Below are positions 1 to 9,035 of a stretch of DNA of 64,000 bases, piece by piece; position 1 is the stretch's first letter, and each line of letters opens with the position of its first letter. Made by a program: the position numbers and the translations under genes. Source of the stretch: Desulfobacterales bacterium (GTDB taxonomy: Bacteria; Desulfobacterota; Desulfobacteria; Desulfobacterales; UBA5852); assembly GCA_963674755.2 (NCBI GenBank), contig CAXXVS010000003.1, forward strand, positions 288,001 through 352,000, given 5' to 3'. The notes beneath the pieces were generated by a model. The model did not search any database. It was not told the origin of the DNA and saw nothing but the letters and a program-made list of their open reading frames with translations.

Positions 1-918
1 ATCGTCTACGACTCGGATCCGGCTGACGAATACGACGAAACCCTGCACAAAGGACGCACCCTCGTGAGCGTGTGCGACGAATGCGCTCCCCTGAAAGAAA
101 GGCCGCAGAGGGTCTGGTTCGACGGCCGCATGTGCCCCAGCGCCGATGCGCGTATACCTGTGGGAGATGAGGGCGTGCGTTATGGTTATGGCTTCTTCGA
201 AACCCTGCGGGCCGCAAACGGGCATGTGCCGCTTCTGGCCCGCCATATGGCACGCTGGGAGAAAAGCTGGCTGGCGCTTATGGACGGGCCGCCGCCGGAT
301 ATCACCTGGGAGCCTGTCATCCGGCAGGTCCTGGAGCACAACGGGCTGGCCGACGCCACGGCGGCCGTGCGCCTGACCGCCGCCCGGGGGCAGGCCGATC
401 ACGCCCCGGGCTACCACCTCTATGTCACGGCCCGGACCTACCGCCATCGCCTTGATGTCTTAGGCACCCATGGCCTGCAATTGTCCGTCTATCCCCAGCC
501 GCGCCAGACGCCGTTGGCCGACCATAAAACCCTCAACTATCTGTTCTACCACCAGGCCGGACGCTGGGCCCGGTCCCGGGGCGCCCACGAAGCCGTCATC
601 CTCAACCCGGACGGCACCCTTTCCGAGACCAACACCGCCAACCTCCTTGTGGTGCAAGGCCGGACGGTTTTCCGTCCCCGATCCGCCCATGTGCTGCCGG
701 GCGTGATGGAAGCCTGGGTCCTGGAACAGCTCACGGCTATGGGATTTGACATAGCCTCCAAACCCCTTTATCCGGAAGACCTTTGCGAAGCCGATCAGGT
801 GCTGCTCACCAACGCCCTGATGGGATGCGTGCCGGCCGTCGGTCTGGACGGCCGGCCGCTGGCGGCCCCGGACGATCTCGCGGAGCGGCTCAACGCTTGT
901 GTTTTTGGGAAAGAATAG
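1..918 (+). CDS. Aminodeoxychorismate synthase component I / 4-amino-4-deoxychorismate lyase fusion (PabB-PabC), 5' end outside the window
   Basis: Frame 1 is open from base 1. IVYDSDPADEYDETLHKG is the chorismate-binding enzyme C-terminus and runs in frame into a class IV aminotransferase/PabC domain (YGYGFFET, DHKTLNY, ETNTAN, LPGVM, LTNALMG). Confidence 0.85.
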   Translation: MVYDSDPADEYDETLHKGRTLVSVCDECAPLKERPQRVWFDGRMCPSADARIPVGDEGVRYGYGFFETLRAANGHVPLLARHMARWEKSWLALMDGPPPDITWEPVIRQVLEHNGLADATAAVRLTAARGQADHAPGYHLYVTARTYRHRLDVLGTHGLQLSVYPQPRQTPLADHKTLNYLFYHQAGRWARSRGAHEAVILNPDGTLSETNTANLLVVQGRTVFRPRSAHVLPGVMEAWVLEQLTAMGFDIASKPLYPEDLCEADQVLLTNALMGCVPAVGLDGRPLAAPDDLAERLNACVFGKE

Positions 919-951
919 ACTCTGCCGGACGGCAGGGTCCGACGGGAGGGG

Positions 952-1458
952 TCAGCCCTGCTGGGCGTGCTTCACGAGATGGCCCAGCTCCGGGAAGATA
1001 AGCGCCTTGCAGGCCAGCTTACAGGCGTTGAGGCTGCCGGGCATGCAAAAAACCAGGGCGCTGTCGATGGTGCCGGCCGTGGCCCGGGAGAGCAGGGCCG
1101 CCGAATCGATTTCCTCGTAGCTTAGCTGGGCGAAAAGGGGGCCGAAGGCGGAGAGTTCCTTTTGCAGCAAGGGGCGCACCGCTTCGATGGTCACATCCGC
1201 CGGGCTGATTCCGGTTCCGCCGGTCACCAGCAGGGCGTGGGGGCGAAAGGCCGCCAGAACTTCTTGCACCTGGGCGACAATGGCCGCGGCCTCGTCTGTC
1301 ACCACCCGGTGATCCACCACCTCGTGGCCTTCCCGCCGGGCCAGGCGCGCCATCCATTGGCCGCTCTTGTCTTCTTCAAGGCTGCGGGTGGTGGAAACCG
1401 TCAAGATCGCGATACGCAGATTGCGCGGCACGTCGGCCTTGTGTTCGTGTGCTCCCAT
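952..1458 (-). CDS. moaB: Molybdenum cofactor biosynthesis protein B (MoaB/MogA family)
   Basis: Motifs TVS..DKSG, TGGTGISPADVT, SRATAG, MPGS. ATG at 1458 follows a GGAGAG RBS. Confidence 0.88.
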   Translation of the reverse strand: MGAHEHKADVPRNLRIAILTVSTTRSLEEDKSGQWMARLARREGHEVVDHRVVTDEAAAIVAQVQEVLAAFRPHALLVTGGTGISPADVTIEAVRPLLQKELSAFGPLFAQLSYEEIDSAALLSRATAGTIDSALVFCMPGSLNACKLACKALIFPELGHLVKHAQQG

Positions 1459-1460
1459 AG

Positions 1461-2012
1461 TCAACTCTCCTGAGCGGTCTGTTTTTCCAGCAGCACCTGA
1501 TCTTCGCCGTCGCTTTCCTTCAGGCAGACGTTGATCGTCTCGGAACGACGGGTTTCCACAAAGCGTCCCACATAGTCAGCCTGGATGGGCAGCTCCCGGT
1601 GGCCCCGATCTACCAGGACCGCCAGTTCGATGCGGTCGGGGCGGCCGAAATCCATGATGGCGTCCATGGCAGCCCGGGTGGTGCGTCCGGTGAACAACAC
1701 ATCATCCACCAGGATGATGTGCTTGCCGTCAACCGAAAAGAGGATGTCCGTGGCCTGCACCACCGGATGATGACTGATGCGGGTCCAGTCGTCACGATAG
1801 AGGGTGATGTCCATATCGCCGGTGGCCACGGTGGTGCCTTCGATATCGCGGATATACTGCTGAAGGCGCTTGGCCAGGAAGACGCCGCGGGTTTGGATGC
1901 CGATCAGCGTCAACTCGGCCGCCCCCTTGTGGACCTCCAGAATACGGTGCGTCATGCGGATAATGGTGCGGTCGATATCCTTGGCATCCATAACCATTTC
2001 GCTCTTGTTCAT
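1461..2012 (-). CDS. pyrR: Pyrimidine regulatory protein / uracil phosphoribosyltransferase PyrR
   Basis: Motifs GIQTRG, DITLYRDD, LVDDVLFTGRT, VDRGHRELPI. Start moved to ATG 2012, which follows a CAGGAG RBS. Confidence 0.93.
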   Translation of the reverse strand: MNKSEMVMDAKDIDRTIIRMTHRILEVHKGAAELTLIGIQTRGVFLAKRLQQYIRDIEGTTVATGDMDITLYRDDWTRISHHPVVQATDILFSVDGKHIILVDDVLFTGRTTRAAMDAIMDFGRPDRIELAVLVDRGHRELPIQADYVGRFVETRRSETINVCLKESDGEDQVLLEKQTAQES

Positions 2013-2186
2013 GATGGTCTCCTGTGGGGGCGGTCCACGGCGCTCCGGCTGGGCAGGCCTTACGATCCGGCGCCAGCGCGGGCGTTGCGCCAAAACGCTT
2101 TCTATCTCGCTTATATCATTCGTTGAAGGGAGATCAAGACCCTTTGTCCACGGCGGGTCGATGTCTCCCCGGCAATGGGAATCACC

Positions 2187-2215
2187 TTGCCTCGCAGCGC
2201 GCTTTCCTCTATGAT
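2187..2215 (+). promoter_or_regulatory. Putative sigma70 promoter of the moaE-moaC operon
   Basis: TTGCCT-N17-TATGAT upstream of moaE. Confidence 0.45.
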
Positions 2216-2313
2216 GACACTTCCAATTTAAAATTTACTTCATAAAACTAGCAGGTTAACCCATGGGGAACCGAAACGTGCTACGCGGTCTAGTTAACCC
2301 GCGCAGTCTATAG

Positions 2314-2694
<381 letters not shown>

Positions 2695-2708
2695 GGAGCG
2701 TCGCCGTC

Positions 2709-3218
2709 ATGGGATCCTTCACCCATCTCGATGCCGAGGGCCGCGTGCGGATGGTGGACGTCGGCCACAAGCCCCCCACCGACCGCCGGGCCGTGGCCCA
2801 GTCGGTGGTGGTCATGCAGGCGGACACCTTCCGGCGCATCACCGCGGGCAAGATCAAAAAAGGCAACGTACTTGAAACCGCCCGCATCGCCGGGGTCATG
2901 GCCGCCAAGCAAACCGCAGGACTGATCCCCATGTGCCACCCGTTGAACCTGCGGCATGTGGAAATCAATTTCTTTCCCGATGCGGATCGCCATCGGATTC
3001 GCATCGAGGCGGCCGTGCGGGTCATCGACCAGACCGGGGTGGAGATGGAGGCCCTGACCGCAGCCACGGTCGCGGCCCTGACGCTCTATGACATGTGCAA
3101 ATCCTACGACCGGGCCATGTCCATCACCGACACCTGGTTGGTGAGCAAATCAGGTGGCAAAAGCGGCGACTACCACCGCGGCCCCACGGAAGGTCCTCCC
3201 GAAGTGGCCGCGCCATAG
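2709..3218 (+). CDS. moaC: Cyclic pyranopterin monophosphate synthase MoaC
   Basis: FTHLD..MVDV, LIPMCHP, TGVEMEAL, YDMCK, KSGGKSG. Confidence 0.96.
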   Translation: MGSFTHLDAEGRVRMVDVGHKPPTDRRAVAQSVVVMQADTFRRITAGKIKKGNVLETARIAGVMAAKQTAGLIPMCHPLNLRHVEINFFPDADRHRIRIEAAVRVIDQTGVEMEALTAATVAALTLYDMCKSYDRAMSITDTWLVSKSGGKSGDYHRGPTEGPPEVAAP

Positions 3219-3233
3219 CCCGGAATTGCGATC

Positions 3234-4682
3234 ATGAGCATGGATTATGACCTGCTGCGCCTGTCTGCCAGCGCAATCCTTGGCTTTGCCGTAGGCGGGG
3301 GGCTGGCCTGGTGGTTGGGTCGCCGCCGCCTTCTGACCGAGCAGCGCGCGGTGCAGGATCAACTGGAAGAACGCCGCCATGAGGTGGTTCGCCTGACGGA
3401 AGAAGGCGCGGCCGCCCGCGCCCGGGCCGAGCAAGTGCCCTCGCTGGAAAACGCCCTGCAAAAGCGCGACCGGCAGCTGGCCGAATTGCAGCACCAATTG
3501 ACCGAAGCCAGCCAGCGGGGGGCACGCCTGGAGACCGTCATCCGCCGGGATCGCCAGGCCATGCGGGAAAAGCTGGCCTTCATGGAAGATTGGCAGACCC
3601 GTATGGGTGACGCCTATAAAGCCTTGTCCGCTACGGCCCTCAGGGAAAACAACCAGGTCTTTCTCGATCTGGCCCAATCCGCCCTGGCACGCCAGCTGGA
3701 TGCCGCCCGCAGCGACCTGACCCAGCGCTCCCAAGCCGTGGAAACCATGCTGAACCCCATTCGTGACGCCTTGACGCGCTATGATCAACAGGTCCTGTCC
3801 CTGGAGCGGGCCCGGGAAAACGCCTATGGGGAGCTGCGCCAGCAGCTGCAGACCATGGCCGCATCCCAGGACCTGTTCCGCCGGGAAACCGGAAAACTCG
3901 TCAAGGCGCTGCGGGTGCCGCACGTGCGCGGGCGCTGGGGGGAGATCACTCTCAAGCGGGTGGCGGAAATGGCGGGTCTCCAGGCGCACTGCGATTTTTT
4001 CGAACAACCCAGCACCGCCGGCGACAAGGGTCGGCTGCGGCCGGACATGCTGGTACGCCTGCCCGGCGGCCGGCTGATTCTGGTGGATGCCAAGGTGCCC
4101 CTGACCGCCTATCTGGATGCCCTCGAAACCACGTCGGAAAAAGAACGGGAGAACCATTTGGACCGTCATGCCCAGCAAGTCGCCAGCCACATCCAGCAAC
4201 TCGCGGCCAAATCCTATTGGGCCCATTTCGACCCGACCCCCGAATTCGTGGTGCTGTTCATCCCGGGCGAAAATTTCTTTTCCGCGGCCCTTTCCCGCAA
4301 TCCCGGCCTGATCGAAAGCGGGGTCCAGAAAAACGTCATTCTGGCCACACCGACCACCCTGATCGCCCTGCTCAAGGCGGTGGCCTACGGTTGGCGTCAG
4401 GACCAGGCCGCCGCCAATGCCGAAAACGTCTGCCGTCAGGGCCGGGAACTTTACGAACGGCTGCAGGTCATGGCCCGCCATATGGACCAGATGGGCAAGG
4501 CCCTGGAAAGCTGTGTCCAGCATTATAATCGCATGGCAGGATCCCTTGAACGGCGGGTCCTGACCGCAGCCCGGCGCTTTGAGGATCTGGGGGTCGTGGC
4601 GGATGCCGAGCCTGATCTGGCCCCCCCGCGAACCATCACCCAGACCCCGCGCAGCAGCAACTTTAAGGAACCCCCTAAATGA
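3234..4682 (+). CDS. rmuC: DNA recombination protein RmuC
   Basis: N-terminal TM helix and coiled coil, then RGRWGE, RPDMLVRLP, VDAKVP, FIPGE, ATPTTL. Confidence 0.9.
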   Translation: MSMDYDLLRLSASAILGFAVGGGLAWWLGRRRLLTEQRAVQDQLEERRHEVVRLTEEGAAARARAEQVPSLENALQKRDRQLAELQHQLTEASQRGARLETVIRRDRQAMREKLAFMEDWQTRMGDAYKALSATALRENNQVFLDLAQSALARQLDAARSDLTQRSQAVETMLNPIRDALTRYDQQVLSLERARENAYGELRQQLQTMAASQDLFRRETGKLVKALRVPHVRGRWGEITLKRVAEMAGLQAHCDFFEQPSTAGDKGRLRPDMLVRLPGGRLILVDAKVPLTAYLDALETTSEKERENHLDRHAQQVASHIQQLAAKSYWAHFDPTPEFVVLFIPGENFFSAALSRNPGLIESGVQKNVILATPTTLIALLKAVAYGWRQDQAAANAENVCRQGRELYERLQVMARHMDQMGKALESCVQHYNRMAGSLERRVLTAARRFEDLGVVADAEPDLAPPRTITQTPRSSNFKEPPK

Positions 4683-5917
4683 TATCACGCCGAATTCACC
4701 ACCCGGTCGCCCTGGCAATTCTTACGGCGGCTTTGACCTTTTTCGCGTCCGGCTGCGTTCCGACGGTCCCCGAACGGCCGGGCGCCGCCCCCCCTGTGCT
4801 GGAACGCCTCGAACCCGGAGATCTGCCCCTGTTTGCCGATGATATGGATTACGACGGCCTGGCGGAAGCCATCGCGCAAAGCCTGCTCTATTGCAGCCGG
4901 ATACCGGACGACCGCCGCTTTCAATTCGGCCCCACCACAGTCGACAAGGGCCATATGGTCCGATCCCTGGAGCTGTTCCGCGATTTCATTGCCGGACGTC
5001 CGGACCGCGACCAGCTCAACCGGTTCGTTCGCGAGCACTATGAGGTCTACCGCTCCGTCGGACGCCCGCCGGACGACGATGTCCTCTTTACGGGCTACTT
5101 CGAACCCCTCTACCCCGGCAGCCTCACCCCCGCCCCGGGTTATACCATACCGGTCTACGGCTTACCGGAGGATCTGGTGACCGCCAACCTGGGCAATTTT
5201 GCGGATGCATTGGCCGGCAAGCGCATCGTGGGCCGCGTGAAGGACCAGCGCCTGATACCCTATTACACGCGCAAAGAGATTCAAACCGAAGGTGTTCTGC
5301 AGGGCAAGGCGCCGGTCATCGCCTGGATGCGCGATCCCGTGGATCTCTATTTCATCCAGGTTCAGGGCTCCGGTCGCATCCAGACCCCCGACGGCCGCCG
5401 GATCAGCATTCTCTATGCCGCACAAAACGGCCATGCTGCCGATCTGGTGGGGCGGCATCTCATCCGGGAAAACAAAGTGCCGGTCGAAGAAATGTCCATG
5501 GCCCGCATCCGCCGCTACTTTCAGGAGCACCCCGAAGACACTGATCGTCTCCTGCATCAGGACCCCAGCTATGTGTTTTTTCGCATCGGGGACACCGGCC
5601 CCCTCGGCAACCTGGGTGTCGAAGTGACCCCCGGGCGCAGCATCGCCACGGACCGCCGCCTGTTTCCCAACGGCGCCCTGGCCTTCATCGACACCCGCAA
5701 ACCCCTGATAACCGGCCAGCGGGAGATCGGCCAATGGGCGCCCCTGAAACGGTTCGTCCTCAATCAGGATACCGGCGGCGCCATCAAGGGGCCCGGGCGG
5801 GCCGATCTTTTTTGGGGCAGCGGGGCATATGCCGAGACCGCCGCCGGTCATTTGAAGCATCCGGGAAACCTCTACTTCCTGGTGCTCAAACCGGAGGCCG
5901 CGCCAACCCCGCCTTGA
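4679..5917 (+). CDS. mltA: Membrane-bound lytic murein transglycosylase A (lipoprotein)
   Basis: Lipobox ASGC, TGYFEP, QVQGSG, PSYVFF, SIATD, QDTGGAIKG, DLFWGSG; ATGA overlap with rmuC. Confidence 0.92.
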   Translation: MISRRIHHPVALAILTAALTFFASGCVPTVPERPGAAPPVLERLEPGDLPLFADDMDYDGLAEAIAQSLLYCSRIPDDRRFQFGPTTVDKGHMVRSLELFRDFIAGRPDRDQLNRFVREHYEVYRSVGRPPDDDVLFTGYFEPLYPGSLTPAPGYTIPVYGLPEDLVTANLGNFADALAGKRIVGRVKDQRLIPYYTRKEIQTEGVLQGKAPVIAWMRDPVDLYFIQVQGSGRIQTPDGRRISILYAAQNGHAADLVGRHLIRENKVPVEEMSMARIRRYFQEHPEDTDRLLHQDPSYVFFRIGDTGPLGNLGVEVTPGRSIATDRRLFPNGALAFIDTRKPLITGQREIGQWAPLKRFVLNQDTGGAIKGPGRADLFWGSGAYAETAAGHLKHPGNLYFLVLKPEAAPTPP

Positions 5918-6031
5918 CGGGAGGTGTGAAACAAAGTAATGATTCCTGGCTAATGCGCTTCCCCCGGAAAGCGCCTCATCATCACTACACGCCGCTGCTT
6001 TATCCGGCGGTTCGGAGCAAGGAGAACCATC

Positions 6032-6388
6032 ATGTTCGGTATCGGCATGCCGGAAATGATTCTGATACTGGCCATCGCGCTGATCGTGATCGGCCCTAAG
6101 AAACTGCCCGATCTGGCCAAGTCCCTGGGGCGGGCCATGAACGAGTTCAAGAAGGCCACCCGCGAAATAAAGGACTCCATGGATATCGACGGCGATCTCC
6201 AGGAGGTCAAAAAATCCATTGACGATCTCAACCAAGACGTCAAGGAAGCGGTCAATGTAAATCCCCTCAAATCGGCCAAAGCGGCGCCATCGGTGGAGGA
6301 GGAACCCCAAGACAAAAGCGCGTCTTCTGAAACACCTCCCGAAGCACCCTCCGCCGAGCATCCCGAGGAACCGCTACGCAATGAGTGA
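6032..6388 (+). CDS. tatB: Twin-arginine translocase TatA/TatB family subunit (TatB-like)
   Basis: [17 protein letters not shown], amphipathic helix, acidic tail; overlaps tatC. Confidence 0.8.
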   Translation: MFGIGMPEMILILAIALIVIGPKKLPDLAKSLGRAMNEFKKATREIKDSMDIDGDLQEVKKSIDDLNQDVKEAVNVNPLKSAKAAPSVEEEPQDKSASSETPPEAPSAEHPEEPLRNE

Positions 6389-7157
6389 CGACGACAAGAT
6401 CCCGTTTACGTCTCATCTGGAAGAACTTCGCCGCCGGCTGATCGTCTGTTTTATCGCCGTGGCCATAGGTTTTGCCGTCTCCTATGGTTTCAAGGAACAG
6501 CTTTTCGAAATCCTGGCACACCCCCTGAAACTCGTCATGGCCAAAGGGGATACCCTAATCTTCACCAACCTGCCGGAAGCCTTTTTTACCTATTTAAAGG
6601 TCGCTTTTCTGACCGGTATCGGGCTGGCGTCCCCTGTCATCATCTATGAGTTCTGGATGTTCCTGGCGCCCGGGCTTTACGAAAAGGAAAAACGGCTGCT
6701 GCTGCCCATTGTGTTTCTTTCAACCCTCTTTTTCGTGGGCGGCGCCCTGTTCGGTTATTTTATCGTCTTCCCCTACGGTTTTAAATTTTTTCTCGGCTTC
6801 GCCACCGAAACCATCCGGCCCATGCCCTCCATGAAGGAGTACCTGAGCTTCGCGGCCAAACTCCTGCTGGCCTTCGGCATCGTCTTCGAACTGCCCCTGG
6901 TGATTACCTTTATGGCCCGGCTGGGCCTGGTCACCGTGCCCTTTCTCAAGCGCAACCGCAAATACGCTCTTCTTCTGTTTTTCGTGGGAGCCGCTATCTT
7001 GACCCCACCCGATGTGGTCACTCAGATCATGATGGCGCTGCCCCTCATGCTGCTTTATGAAATCAGTATCATCGGAGCCCGCATCTTCGGCCGCAAACCT
7101 TTGGCGACCTCTGACGCTGAAGACGACCAAACCGACGGGGATGGCCAGGGCGAATAA
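6381..7157 (+). CDS. tatC: Twin-arginine translocase TatC
   Basis: [25 protein letters not shown]; multiple TM segments. Confidence 0.96.
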   Translation: MSDDDKIPFTSHLEELRRRLIVCFIAVAIGFAVSYGFKEQLFEILAHPLKLVMAKGDTLIFTNLPEAFFTYLKVAFLTGIGLASPVIIYEFWMFLAPGLYEKEKRLLLPIVFLSTLFFVGGALFGYFIVFPYGFKFFLGFATETIRPMPSMKEYLSFAAKLLLAFGIVFELPLVITFMARLGLVTVPFLKRNRKYALLLFFVGAAILTPPDVVTQIMMALPLMLLYEISIIGARIFGRKPLATSDAEDDQTDGDGQGE

Positions 7158-7183
7158 CAGTAAAACCACCCTGGATCCTTTTT

Positions 7184-8923
7184 ATGACGACGTCCACCCC
7201 CCTTTTGCGCCCATCGGCGGAAACCCCGGCGCTGACCTATGAGCTGCGCCTGATGACGACCCGCTCCGCCACGGGCTATTTCATGCCTGTTCCCAAAGCG
7301 GAGCCTGATTTCAAGGCGACCCTGGCCTATCTTCGGGAGCATCCCAACGATGAATTCATGCATCGCTGGGGCTTGCAGCAGGTGCTGCAGATGCCGCCGG
7401 CCCAGGTTAAGGCTTTGCTGCCGGTCGACGCCCGGGATCCCGTCTTGACGGCCTTGCTGCTGGAGGCCATCCTAACCCACGAACCGCTGGCGCCCTTGCA
7501 AAAGCAGGTGCGGGAGGAGCGACTGTACTCTCTGCGAACCGCCTCCCCCCTCCTGATTCTGCGCTCCGAAACCCTTCCCGACCAAGACCTGCATCGAAAA
7601 TGGATCGCCCTCTTCAAAGCCAATCTCTTCTACCACCAGCCGCTGCCGCCACCGCTGGAAACCGGCCTGGCGCCGCTCTTTGAAGATGCCACCTCCCGCA
7701 AGCGGATCCCCCTGACCACCATCGCCGCCCGGTCCGGACCCCGACCCCCATCTTCACCCCTCCCGGACTTTGAAACCGTCTATACCCATGCCATCGAGGG
7801 TCTGAAACGTGCCGGTATCCGTCTGGAGCAGGAAATGCGGCATGAGAGTTCGCTTAGCCCCATCGCCCTGCTGCGCCGCTGGCAGATGGAAACCCGGGTG
7901 GAACAGGACCGGCACCGATTTATTCTCAGGGGACATCAAACCGCCTATGGCAAGGGCTTGAGCCTGGAACGTGCCCGAGCCTCCTATGCGATGGAAATCG
8001 TTGAGCGCTGTTCTTCCTTCGCAACCGTTATTAATGGCACGCTCCCTGACACCGCCCAGCAGCTTCAGTTGCAGCGGTCCTCCTTGTCCCGATTGCAGCA
8101 CGAGGGCCACCCGGCCCTGGACCCCAATGCCATGGTTCTCGAAGTTCCTTATGAAGACCAGTCGATCTATTGGATCGAAGGGATCCGAAGCGCAGCCGAG
8201 GGGGGGGGCGCCGTGTGGGTACCCTTCCAGGCCGTATTTCTATTTGCCAATCTCGATGAGGTCTGCCTTTTTAGCGGGCTCGGCTCCACCGGGCTGGCCG
8301 CCGGCGTGAGTCTGGCACAAGCCAAATTCCATGCATTGCTGGAATGTATCGAGCGCGATGCCGAAGCGGTTCAACCCTACCATGCGGGACACTGTTTTCG
8401 TCTGGCCACCCGGGATGCCGCGGTGGACGGACTGCTGGCCGACTACCGTCGATGCGGCCTCGATGTCGTCTTCCAGGATTGCAGCTCGGAATTCGGAATC
8501 CCTTGCTATAAATGCTTTGTGTCAGGAACCGACGGCGAAATCGCCAAGGGCACCAGCGCGCATTTCGCCGGCTGGCAGGCCGCCCTGGCGGCCCTTACTG
8601 AAACCCCCTATCCCTATCCCCACGGCCCGGCGTCACAGCCTGGTCCGGCAGAGCTGCCGCTACGCTATTTGGAAGAATTGCCGGATTATACTTCAGGCAA
8701 TGCCGAAGACGATCTGCAGCGCATCGAGTCCATGCTGACCGCAAACCATCTCCACCCGATATATATCAATTTGACCCGGCAGGACGTCGGCATCCCGGTC
8801 GTGCGGGCCCTGGTTCCCGGTCTGGAGCTGGTGGCCGATTTCGATCGTTTCAGCCGGGTCAGTCCACGACTGTATCAACACTACCGACAAGCTTTCGATC
8901 GTCCACTCTCCCGCCGCGTCTAA
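7184..8923 (+). CDS. YcaO-like ATP-dependent amide-activating enzyme with N-terminal extension
   Basis: YGKG..SYAMEIVER, STGLAAG..ECIERDA, PVVRALVPGLE. Confidence 0.85.
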   Translation: MTTSTPLLRPSAETPALTYELRLMTTRSATGYFMPVPKAEPDFKATLAYLREHPNDEFMHRWGLQQVLQMPPAQVKALLPVDARDPVLTALLLEAILTHEPLAPLQKQVREERLYSLRTASPLLILRSETLPDQDLHRKWIALFKANLFYHQPLPPPLETGLAPLFEDATSRKRIPLTTIAARSGPRPPSSPLPDFETVYTHAIEGLKRAGIRLEQEMRHESSLSPIALLRRWQMETRVEQDRHRFILRGHQTAYGKGLSLERARASYAMEIVERCSSFATVINGTLPDTAQQLQLQRSSLSRLQHEGHPALDPNAMVLEVPYEDQSIYWIEGIRSAAEGGGAVWVPFQAVFLFANLDEVCLFSGLGSTGLAAGVSLAQAKFHALLECIERDAEAVQPYHAGHCFRLATRDAAVDGLLADYRRCGLDVVFQDCSSEFGIPCYKCFVSGTDGEIAKGTSAHFAGWQAALAALTETPYPYPHGPASQPGPAELPLRYLEELPDYTSGNAEDDLQRIESMLTANHLHPIYINLTRQDVGIPVVRALVPGLELVADFDRFSRVSPRLYQHYRQAFDRPLSRRV

Positions 8924-9035
8924 TCTGGCCGCCAGCCGATTCGGCGGCGCCCCTACTTAATGCGTTGCCTTTTCGAAAATCGTATCGTAGGTTGAACCAA
9001 CAACGACCTGATCTCCGCCGGGGAGAAGCGGATTC

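Noticed and set aside
3150..4718. Long antisense or overlapping ORFs (e.g. 3150-4718 -, 14618-15940 +, 39637-41514 -, 48215-49705 -)
   Set aside because: They shadow well-supported genes on the opposite strand, show no motifs, and are expected from GC-rich codon usage.
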